34,433 nt of DNA, taken from NCBI GenBank assembly GCA_038999435.1, contig JAVZYR010000002.1, positions 1 to 34,433 of the forward strand, written 5' to 3'. Positions 9,641 to 17,525 of this stretch are shown here, one piece after another (the first letter of the stretch is position 1; the number at the start of each line of letters is the position of its first letter). The stretch is from Candidatus Aenigmatarchaeota archaeon. GTDB lineage: Archaea; Aenigmatarchaeota; Aenigmatarchaeia; QMZP01. The notes below the pieces were generated by a model. It worked only from the letters and a program-made list of their open reading frames with translations, did not search any database and was not told the DNA's origin. The position numbers were made by a program, and so were the translations under genes.

Positions 9641-9787
9641 TAGAAAAAGTCCTCCAGTATTTTTAATAGATTTTGGTTGATTATGGTGTTTACAGGAATC
9701 ACTAGCAATAAAAAAATAAACAGAATTGAAGCAAAAATTGTTATGTGCCAATCCATAATTTATTTTTAATGTTTGCGAATTATTAAT

Positions 9788-11020
9788 ATGCTCTGGGTAA
9801 CAGTTCTCAATTATGTGGTATGGTATATATTTATTTTTTTAGCAATATTTTGGCTTTTGGTTTTGCTCAGAAACAGACATGGTCTGAAAAAAAGACAAAA
9901 GCTATCACATTATCCAAGTGTTACAGTTCTGATACCTGCACATAATGAGGAGAAAACTATCGCAAGGACCATAAAATCTGTGCTAAGCCTTGATTGGCCA
10001 AAAAATTTACTTGAGGTAATAGTGATAAATGATGGCTCAACTGACAAAACAGCAAAAATTGTAAGGTCTTTCAAAACAGTGAAGATGATTAACAATAAGA
10101 AAAATATAGGCAAAGCAGCAAGCCTAAACAAAGGCATAAAAGCAGCAAAAGGAGAGCTTATCGCATGCATAGATGCCGATTCAATAGTGGAGAAAAAGGC
10201 TTTAAAAAAAATGGTCCCATTCTTTTCAGACCCTGATGTTGCTGTAGTCACACCTGCATTGAAGGTATGGAAAACTTCAAATCTACTTGAAAAGGCTCAG
10301 CATGCCGAATATTTTCTGAACATATTTATGAGAAAGATGCTTGCACTTATAGATGCTGTGCATGTCACTCCAGGTGTTTTTTCTGTGTACAGAAAATCTG
10401 TTTTGAGAAAGGTTGGTGGCTTTGAGCCAGGAAATCTCACAGAGGATATGGAGATTGCGCTTAGGATACACAAAGCGGGATATAAAATAGAAAATAGCAC
10501 GGATGCATCCTCTTATACTTTATGTCCTGCAAAAATGAAAGAGCTCTTTGTACAAAGGATAAGATGGTATAGGGGCGCAATTGAAAACTCGATAAAATAC
10601 AGATCTATGTTCTTCAATCCAAAATATGGCAATCTTGGTCTTTTCTTTCTCCCTTTAAATTTCATTGCAATCATTTCAATCATAGTCCTTTTCTTTATTA
10701 TACTCAACAACGTAATTAATTGGATTTCAGGTATTGCATGGAAAGCATTACTAATTAATTTTGATATCAAAACAATGGCTGCGACTATAAATCTTCCTGA
10801 GATCTTGGCAAATATGCTCAATACATCTTTTATATTAGCTATAATCAGTATTATAATCGCATCTGGCATTCTATGGTTTTCGTTCAAAATGTGCAGATCG
10901 TCTATAAAACATAACAAATCTGGTTATCTTTTTTACATATTAATGTTCCCTCTTATAATGATGATATTCTGGGCCTTTGCACTGATTGAAACAATCATAG
11001 GTAAAAAAAGGAGATGGTAG
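9788..11020 (+). CDS. Processive family-2 glycosyltransferase (cellulose/chitin/PNAG-synthase-like)
   Basis: VTVLIPAHNEE, INDGSTD, CIDADS, TEDMEIA and the QxxRW motif (QRIRWYRG). N- and C-terminal TM segments. An alternative TTG start at 9773 is possible. Confidence 0.85.
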   Translation: MLWVTVLNYVVWYIFIFLAIFWLLVLLRNRHGLKKRQKLSHYPSVTVLIPAHNEEKTIARTIKSVLSLDWPKNLLEVIVINDGSTDKTAKIVRSFKTVKMINNKKNIGKAASLNKGIKAAKGELIACIDADSIVEKKALKKMVPFFSDPDVAVVTPALKVWKTSNLLEKAQHAEYFLNIFMRKMLALIDAVHVTPGVFSVYRKSVLRKVGGFEPGNLTEDMEIALRIHKAGYKIENSTDASSYTLCPAKMKELFVQRIRWYRGAIENSIKYRSMFFNPKYGNLGLFFLPLNFIAIISIIVLFFIILNNVINWISGIAWKALLINFDIKTMAATINLPEILANMLNTSFILAIISIIIASGILWFSFKMCRSSIKHNKSGYLFYILMFPLIMMIFWAFALIETIIGKKRRW

Positions 11021-11674
11021 ATGGCAAAAAAATCAAATACAGGGCTTATCATATCAGCAGCAATTATCGCAGCTCTACTCTTTTTAGCAGGTTTTGGAAT
11101 TGGATACACATTAAACATGTTTAGACTTTCAGATATAGAGAGAAGAAGCCAAGAAATGTCCACAACTATTCAAAATCTTCAGCTGCAATTTCTCTTCTTT
11201 GATGTGTTTGGAAAGAATGTAAGTTGTCCTGTGCTAAAGGATATTATGAGCTATACTGTGAAGGAGTATGAGAGGATAGGAGGCAAGCTTGCTAACAAAG
11301 AGCTTGAACAGTATAGTAATTATGAAATGCTCCTAAAGGATTATTACATATCCTCTATAAACTATTGGCTCATGGCAAAGAAGCTTGAACAATTATGTGG
11401 TCCTGTACACAAAACAGTGCTATTTTTTATATCTAAGAGCTGTGACCCAATGATACCAAATCCGTGCGATGACCAGGCATTTGTTTTGTCATACATGAAG
11501 CAACAGATCGGAGATGAACTACTTGTATTCACAATCAGCGCTGATATACAAGAACCTGCCATAAAAGCCCTTATAAACTACTATAATATCACAGAGTATC
11601 CAAGTATCGTTGTAGATGAAAATGTTTATAGTGGTTTTCAGAACCTTGAAAAGCTTAAAGATATTTTAAAATAG
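11021..11674 (+). CDS. Membrane-anchored protein with a thioredoxin-like fold and atypical Cys pair
   Basis: ATG directly follows the GT2 stop. TM anchor is LIISAAIIAALLFLAGFGIGY. The C-terminal half is VLFFISKSCDPMIPNPCDDQ...YNITEYPSIVVDENVYSGF, with a beta-alpha-beta plus cis-Pro pattern like Trx/DsbA but C-x7-C instead of CxxC. Confidence 0.4.
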   Translation: MAKKSNTGLIISAAIIAALLFLAGFGIGYTLNMFRLSDIERRSQEMSTTIQNLQLQFLFFDVFGKNVSCPVLKDIMSYTVKEYERIGGKLANKELEQYSNYEMLLKDYYISSINYWLMAKKLEQLCGPVHKTVLFFISKSCDPMIPNPCDDQAFVLSYMKQQIGDELLVFTISADIQEPAIKALINYYNITEYPSIVVDENVYSGFQNLEKLKDILK

Positions 11675-11677
11675 TCT

Positions 11678-12760
11678 ATGCCAAGGTTTTTCAAGTTTTG
11701 TCTTGTTGGTCTTTCAGGCATTTTTATAAATGAGGGTTTATTATGGCTTTTTACAGAATGCTTTGGAATTTTTTATCTAATCTCATCTTTGATAGCAATC
11801 GAGTGCTCAATCATTTCAAACTATTTTTTAAATGAATTTTGGACTTTTAGGGATAGAGGTGGAAAGGCTTCTCTGAAAAGGTTCCCCAAATTCAATCTCG
11901 TTTCTTTTGGAGGTCTTCTAATAAATTTTTCAGTGCTATTTCTCTTAACAGAGGCAGGAGTACACTATCTCCTCTCAAACCTATTTGGTATAGCACTTGC
12001 AACGTTTTGGAACTATTTCTTAAATCTTGGATGGACATGGAAAGAAGATATAAAAAGAAATATTACTGAAATAAGGAATCCTTATTATTCTATCATCATC
12101 CCAACATACAATGAAAGGGATAACATAAAAGGCTTAATAAAAAAGATATTACAGACAATGACGGGAAATAGATTTGAAATTGTAATTGTTGATGATAACT
12201 CACCAGATAGGACAGCAGATGTTGTGAGAGAGATGCAGAAAAAGAACAAAAACATAAAACTTGTATGCAGGAAAAGGAAAGCAGGCCTGTCTTCGGCTGT
12301 GCTTGATGGCTTCAAAAGGGCAAAGGGAAATATTTTGGTGGTGATGGATGCTGATTTTTCGCATCCACCTGAGAAATTAAGGGAGATTTTGGTATATACA
12401 AAAAATCATGACATAGTCATAGCCAGCAGATATATCAAAGGTGGTGATATTGAAGGATGGGGTATAGGAAGAAAGATTATATCAAGGGTTGCAACGCTTC
12501 TTGCAAGGCCACTAACATATGTTAGCGATCCAATGTCAGGATTTTTTGCAATAAGGCGATCAAGCCTTCCAAAAAAACTGAGCCCGAAAGGTTTCAAGAT
12601 ACTTCTTGAGATTTTAGCAAAGGGTGATTACAAAATAAAAGAGGTGCCATATGTTTTTGTGAATAGAAAAGCAGGTAAGAGTAAGATGGGTACAAAAGAG
12701 ATTCTGAATTATATCGCACATTGCATGGCTCTTTATAAAGATAAATTACTCAAAACATAA
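11678..12760 (+). CDS. GtrA-like membrane domain fused to dolichyl-phosphate mannose synthase-type GT2
   Basis: N-terminal about 125 aa with four TM spans (FCLVGLSGIFINEGLLWLF), then DPM1-type motifs IIIPTYNERDNI, VDDNSPDRT and MDADFSHPP. Confidence 0.85.
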   Translation: MPRFFKFCLVGLSGIFINEGLLWLFTECFGIFYLISSLIAIECSIISNYFLNEFWTFRDRGGKASLKRFPKFNLVSFGGLLINFSVLFLLTEAGVHYLLSNLFGIALATFWNYFLNLGWTWKEDIKRNITEIRNPYYSIIIPTYNERDNIKGLIKKILQTMTGNRFEIVIVDDNSPDRTADVVREMQKKNKNIKLVCRKRKAGLSSAVLDGFKRAKGNILVVMDADFSHPPEKLREILVYTKNHDIVIASRYIKGGDIEGWGIGRKIISRVATLLARPLTYVSDPMSGFFAIRRSSLPKKLSPKGFKILLEILAKGDYKIKEVPYVFVNRKAGKSKMGTKEILNYIAHCMALYKDKLLKT

Positions 12761-12767
12761 ACTTTAA

Positions 12768-14207
12768 ATGGCAAAATTTTTCATCACAACACCGATATAT
12801 TATGTTAACCGTACACCTACAATAGGAACTGCATACACAACCATTGCTGCAGATGTGCTTGCGCGATGGCATCGTTTAAAAGGGGATAATGTATTTTTTT
12901 TAACAGGTCTTGATGAGAATAGTATAAAGACACTTCATGCAGCAGAAGAAAAGGGTTACAAAGATATACAGAAGTATGCCGATGACATGGCAAGACAGTG
13001 GGTTGAGATATGGAAAAAGTTGAATATAAGCTATGATGGCTTTATTAGGACTACAGAAGATAGACATAAAGGTGTTGTGGTTGAATTTTTCAAGAAAGTA
13101 TATGAAAAAGGTGATATCTATAAAGGGACATACAAAGGCCTTTATTGTGAGGGTTGTGAGGCATTCCTGACAGAATCTGAGCTTGAAGGTGGGCTGTGTC
13201 CATTACACAAAAAAAGACCAAAAGAGCTTTCTGAGGAAAACTATTTTTTTAGGCTTTCAAAATATCAAAAACAGATTCTGAATTTTATAGAGAGCAATCC
13301 TGATTTCATACAACCAGAGAGCAGAAGGAATGAAGTAATAAGCTTTCTGAAATCAGGCCTTAAGGATATAAGCATATCAAGACCTGGTCTGAGATGGGGC
13401 ATACATCTTCCGATAGATAAAAACCATAGATTTTGGGTATGGTTTGATGCACTTCTAAACTATATCTCTGGTTCTGAAGGGAGATGGCCTGCGGAACTGC
13501 ACCTTGTTGGAAAGGACATTATTAGATTTCACTGTATAATTTGGCCTGCAATGTTAATGTCTGCTGGTTATCAACTTCCGAAAAAGGTTTTTGCCCATGG
13601 CTTTCTCACAACAGGAGGACAAAAGATATCAAAGAGTCTTGGTCATGCCATCGAGCCTTTGTATTTTGCAGAAAAATATGGTCTTGATGTCTTAAGGTAT
13701 TTTCTTATGAGGCATGTCCCATTTGGCGAGGATGGGGAATTCTCAGAAGAGGCATTGATAGAGAGGCTGAATGGCGAACTTGTTGCAGATCTTGGAAATC
13801 TTGTTTATAGGGTTTTGACCTTGGCTGAAAGGTTTGATGGAGAAATAAAGGGAAAGGATGAACTTAGCAGTAGGCTGAATTTTGAAAAGATAGATGGATA
13901 TATGGAAAGGTTAGAATTCCATCATGCACTTGAAGAGATATGGACATTCATTAAAGCAGTAAATAGATATGTAAATGAAAAGGAGCCATGGCGGTTGAAA
14001 GGCAATGACTTGGCAAATGTACTGTATAATCTTTTAGAATCACTAAGAGTGATAGCAATCCTCATATATCCTTTCATGCCAGGCACGGCTGAGGGCATAT
14101 GTCAGCAGCTTGGGATTAGACTTGGGACATTTTCAGAACTGAAATTTGGCAAATTTAAAGGAAAGCCTAAAAAAGGTGAGATGCTTTTTAAAAAGCATGG
14201 TCAGTAA
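12768..14207 (+). CDS. metG: Methionyl-tRNA synthetase, short form without C-terminal tRNA-binding appendix
   Basis: TTPIYYVN, AYTTIAADVLARW, a single zinc knuckle CEGCEAF...CPLH, VWFDALLNY, and KMSKS-type KISKS. The HIGH position reads TIGT (see findings). Confidence 0.9.
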   Translation: MAKFFITTPIYYVNRTPTIGTAYTTIAADVLARWHRLKGDNVFFLTGLDENSIKTLHAAEEKGYKDIQKYADDMARQWVEIWKKLNISYDGFIRTTEDRHKGVVVEFFKKVYEKGDIYKGTYKGLYCEGCEAFLTESELEGGLCPLHKKRPKELSEENYFFRLSKYQKQILNFIESNPDFIQPESRRNEVISFLKSGLKDISISRPGLRWGIHLPIDKNHRFWVWFDALLNYISGSEGRWPAELHLVGKDIIRFHCIIWPAMLMSAGYQLPKKVFAHGFLTTGGQKISKSLGHAIEPLYFAEKYGLDVLRYFLMRHVPFGEDGEFSEEALIERLNGELVADLGNLVYRVLTLAERFDGEIKGKDELSSRLNFEKIDGYMERLEFHHALEEIWTFIKAVNRYVNEKEPWRLKGNDLANVLYNLLESLRVIAILIYPFMPGTAEGICQQLGIRLGTFSELKFGKFKGKPKKGEMLFKKHGQ

Positions 14208-14277
14208 AACACAAAGATTACAATAATTTTAAAAACTTTTCGGAGCAAGTTTAAAAAATTTTTCTTTAACATTGAAG

Positions 14278-15126
14278 ATGAGGTATCTTATATTTGGAGA
14301 TATTCACGGTAAACATCTGGATGTGCTGGAAAAGACTTTAAATTCAGAAAAGCCTGATATGATAATATGCCTTGGTGATTTTGATAACACAGATGTTGTG
14401 AGACAATGGATTAAGATACAGAAAAATTATCCAGCTTTGACTGTTCCTGGAAATCATGACCATGCTATACTTAAGGCCATTCCAATATGGACATCTATAT
14501 GGGATGTATCAGAAGATGAGGCAGAAGAATACACTCAAAAGCTTCACGAAGATTTGCATTCTGACAAGGAATGTCTGAATTTTATAAAATCACTTATTTA
14601 CGGAAAAACAGAATCTAAAGAAGATAATGCAGAGTATTTCATATTTAATCAAGTATCTGAAGATCTCAAAAGATTCGAAAATATATTGTTCTCCGACAAA
14701 GAATACTCTAATTTTATAAAAACAGGTGTTTACAAAAGAACGTATATGTTAGAAAGAAAAATTAGAATAGGAAATAAAAACACTGTAGTGGTTCACGGTG
14801 GTTTTGCAGGTGATATTAATAGCTGGTCAGAATGTCCAGAAGAGTACAGGCCACTTTGGTATAGGATTAGGGAAATTCAACATGCAAAGGAAAACTTTGA
14901 AGAGATGGAGAAAAGAGGATATGAGCTTATGATAAGAGGACATGACCATATGCAACAATGTATAGCAAAAATAGGGAATAATATCATAAATTTTGAAGGC
15001 AATATTTCTTTTTGCACAATTGAAGAGGGTCTGTATATCATAAATCCTGGTGCCTATTTTGATGGGGATTATGCGATTATGGATGTTAAGGATAATATTG
15101 AGGTGAGATTCAAAAATCTGAGATAA
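14278..15126 (+). CDS. Calcineurin-like metallophosphoesterase with a large internal insertion
   Basis: Motifs GDIHG, GDFDN, GNHDH, VHGG and RGHDH. About 110 aa are inserted between GNHD and VHGG. A TTG start at 14272 is also possible. Confidence 0.75.
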   Translation: MRYLIFGDIHGKHLDVLEKTLNSEKPDMIICLGDFDNTDVVRQWIKIQKNYPALTVPGNHDHAILKAIPIWTSIWDVSEDEAEEYTQKLHEDLHSDKECLNFIKSLIYGKTESKEDNAEYFIFNQVSEDLKRFENILFSDKEYSNFIKTGVYKRTYMLERKIRIGNKNTVVVHGGFAGDINSWSECPEEYRPLWYRIREIQHAKENFEEMEKRGYELMIRGHDHMQQCIAKIGNNIINFEGNISFCTIEEGLYIINPGAYFDGDYAIMDVKDNIEVRFKNLR

Positions 15127-15237
15127 TAAGCTAAATTTTTTATTAAAATCTGCCTAATAGCTATGTTTAATAAGGTATATCTAAATATATATTTTCATTT
15201 ACCGAAAATGCTTTAAATAGCCTGGGACAATTCTATA

Positions 15238-15253
15238 TTGCCATATATTGTAT
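15238..15253. promoter_or_regulatory. NrdR-box-like palindrome, distal
   Basis: ttgCCATATATTGtat matches the remembered bacterial NrdR-box consensus acaCwAtATaTwGtgt at 11 of 16 positions. It could equally be a TATA element. Confidence 0.3.
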
Positions 15254-15267
15254 GGCTAAACTTAAAA

Positions 15268-15283
15268 ACGCTATATATAGTAG
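15268..15283. promoter_or_regulatory. NrdR-box-like palindrome, proximal
   Basis: acgCTATATATAGtag has a perfect 10-bp palindromic core and matches the consensus at 13 of 16 positions. It ends 2 nt before the nrdD ATG. Its centre is 30 bp from the distal box. Confidence 0.35.
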
Positions 15284-15285
15284 GT

Positions 15286-17502
15286 ATGAGATGTCCGTTC
15301 TGCTTTTCAGGTGAGACTAAGGTCCTGGATAAGCGTGAAGTAGGCAAAGGAAATAAACGAAGGCGAGAGTGCCTAAAATGCGGGAAAAGATTTACAACTA
15401 TTGAAAAGCTTGAAGGTTCTATCGTTACCCAGATCAAAAAGAGGGATGGCAGGATTGTGCCGTTTGACCAGGAAAGGATAACAGAGGCTATATGGAAGGC
15501 TGCACAGGCGGTTGGTGGTAAGGATAAGGAATTGGCAAAGCGGCTTTCTGACCAGGTTGTTAGGACGATCGAAGAAAAGTTTGGTGGTGTAACAATACCA
15601 ACCGTTGAGCAGGTACAGGATATTGTTGAAAAGGTGCTTGTTGAGAATGGTCATTATAAAACAGCCAAAGCATACATCCTCTACAGGGAACAAAAGGCAA
15701 AGATAAGACAAACAAAGGACGTTTTTGTAGATGTTGAGCAAACAATCGATAGCTACCTAAAACAATCAGACTGGAGAGTTAGGGAAAATAGCAATGAAGC
15801 GTACTCTTTTTCAGGCTTATTGTTATATGCAGCAGGAAAGGTTATGGCAAATTACAATCTTACAAGAATGTATACACCTGCAATAGCAGAGGCACATAAA
15901 AAAGGATATTTCCACATTCATGACCTTTCACATGGCGTGATTGGTTATTGCTGTGGTCATAGTCTTAAAAATCTGTTGCTTTGGGGTTTTGGTGGTGTGC
16001 CAGGAAAAGCAGACTGTAAACCTGCAAAGCACATGTCAACTATTGTGCATCAAATGGTCAATTACATCGGCTGTCTGCAGATGGAATTTGCAGGTGCACA
16101 GGCATTTAATTCTGTTGATACGTTGCTTGCACCTTTTGTTCGAGCCGATAATTTGAATTACAAGGAAGTAAAGCAGAATATGCAACAGCTAGTCTTTTCT
16201 CTAAACATACCATCAAGATGGGGTTCACAGTATCCATTTAGCAATCTCACATTTGATTGGACAGTACCAAAGGACCTTGTTGATCAAAAGGCTATAGTTG
16301 GTGGTAAGGAACAGCCTTATACATATGGCGAGCTACAATCTGAAGTAGATATGATAAACAAGGCATTTCTTGAGGTTCTGATGGAGGGTGATGCAAATGG
16401 TAGGATATTCACATTTCCCATACCAACATATAACATTACGAAAGGATTTGATTGGGAAAGCGAAAATGCCCAACTATTGTTCGAGCTGACAGCAAAATAT
16501 GGCAGTCCGTATTTTCAGAATTATGTTGGTTCTGATCTCGATCCTGGCTCAATTCGTGCAATGTGCTGTAGATTGAATATAAATCAAACAGAGTTACTGA
16601 GAAGGCCTGGTAATATGTGGGGCCCTGGTGACAGCACAGGCAGCATAGGTGTTGTAACGATAAATTTGAATAGGCTTGCCTATGAGGCAAGGGATGAGGC
16701 TGAATTTTTTGAGAAATTAAAACAGTACATGTTGCTTGCAAAGGATAGTTTAGAGATAAAGCGAAAGGTTATTGAGCAAAATCTTCAGAACAATCTCATG
16801 CCATATACAAGGCGTTATCTTGGCACATTTGCAAATCATTTTTCAACAATTGGTCTTTGCGGCATGAACGAAGCATGCCTGAACCTATTAGGAAAGGACA
16901 TAGCAAGCCCTGAAGGCAAGGAGTTGGCAATAAAGACGCTGAAATTTATGAGGGATATGCTTACTGAATTCCAAAAAGAAACAGGAAATCTTTACAATCT
17001 TGAGGCAACACCAGCTGAGAGCACATCATATAGACTCGCTCGACTTGATAAGCAAATGTATCCTGATATCATAACAGCAGGAAAGGATGTGCCATATCTG
17101 ACAAACTCTACACAACTTCCTGTTGATTATACAGATGACCTGATATTCGCGCTTAGGCATCAGAATGACATTCAGCCGCTCTATACAGGTGGAACAATAT
17201 TTCACACATTCCTTGGCGAGCGAATATCAGCAGAAGCAGCAAAGAAGATTGTAAGGTACATATCTCATAACACAAGGTTACCATACTTTTCAATTACACC
17301 AACATTTTCAGTATGCAAAGACCATGGATATGTGGCAGGTGAACACTGGAAATGCCCTGTTCAAACAAATGGGCATACATGCGGCAAGCCCTGTGAAGTT
17401 TTCAGCCGAATAGTTGGCTATTTCAGACCTGTGCAGATATGGAATGATGGCAAGCGAGAGGAATTTGGGCAGAGAAGAACATTTAGGATTGAAAATTTTT
17501 AG
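15286..17502 (+). CDS. nrdD: Anaerobic (class III) ribonucleoside-triphosphate reductase with N-terminal NrdR-like zinc ribbon and ATP-cone
   Basis: Start at ATG 15286 (MRCPFCF...). ATP-cone is KKRDGRIVPFDQERITEAI...AKAYILYREQK. The catalytic body follows. C-terminal Cys cluster is CKDHG...CPVQTNGHTCGKPC and the glycyl-radical motif is RIVGYF. Confidence 0.92.
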   Translation: MRCPFCFSGETKVLDKREVGKGNKRRRECLKCGKRFTTIEKLEGSIVTQIKKRDGRIVPFDQERITEAIWKAAQAVGGKDKELAKRLSDQVVRTIEEKFGGVTIPTVEQVQDIVEKVLVENGHYKTAKAYILYREQKAKIRQTKDVFVDVEQTIDSYLKQSDWRVRENSNEAYSFSGLLLYAAGKVMANYNLTRMYTPAIAEAHKKGYFHIHDLSHGVIGYCCGHSLKNLLLWGFGGVPGKADCKPAKHMSTIVHQMVNYIGCLQMEFAGAQAFNSVDTLLAPFVRADNLNYKEVKQNMQQLVFSLNIPSRWGSQYPFSNLTFDWTVPKDLVDQKAIVGGKEQPYTYGELQSEVDMINKAFLEVLMEGDANGRIFTFPIPTYNITKGFDWESENAQLLFELTAKYGSPYFQNYVGSDLDPGSIRAMCCRLNINQTELLRRPGNMWGPGDSTGSIGVVTINLNRLAYEARDEAEFFEKLKQYMLLAKDSLEIKRKVIEQNLQNNLMPYTRRYLGTFANHFSTIGLCGMNEACLNLLGKDIASPEGKELAIKTLKFMRDMLTEFQKETGNLYNLEATPAESTSYRLARLDKQMYPDIITAGKDVPYLTNSTQLPVDYTDDLIFALRHQNDIQPLYTGGTIFHTFLGERISAEAAKKIVRYISHNTRLPYFSITPTFSVCKDHGYVAGEHWKCPVQTNGHTCGKPCEVFSRIVGYFRPVQIWNDGKREEFGQRRTFRIENF

Positions 17503-17525
17503 TAAAATAAGAGCTTGCGAAGTTA

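Noticed and set aside
9641-9751. N-terminal extension of the DUF2029-like ORF (MAHNNFCFNS...)
   Set aside because: The extension is not hydrophobic or signal-like. The internal ATG at 9640 has GGAGG upstream and starts directly with the first TM helix.
15136-15141. Oligo-T runs as archaeal terminators (for example 15136-15141 after the phosphoesterase gene and 26540-26546 after the ESCRT-III-like gene)
   Set aside because: They are plausible. However, T runs of 5-7 are frequent throughout this AT-rich sequence, including inside genes, so they cannot be called as features from sequence alone.
15213-15437. TTG-initiated extension of nrdD (15238) and a 74-aa minus-strand ORF across the nrdD promoter and start
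   Set aside because: The extension would translate the AT-rich palindromic promoter region. The ATG at 15286 gives an N-terminus that begins exactly like NrdR. The antisense ORF has no features.
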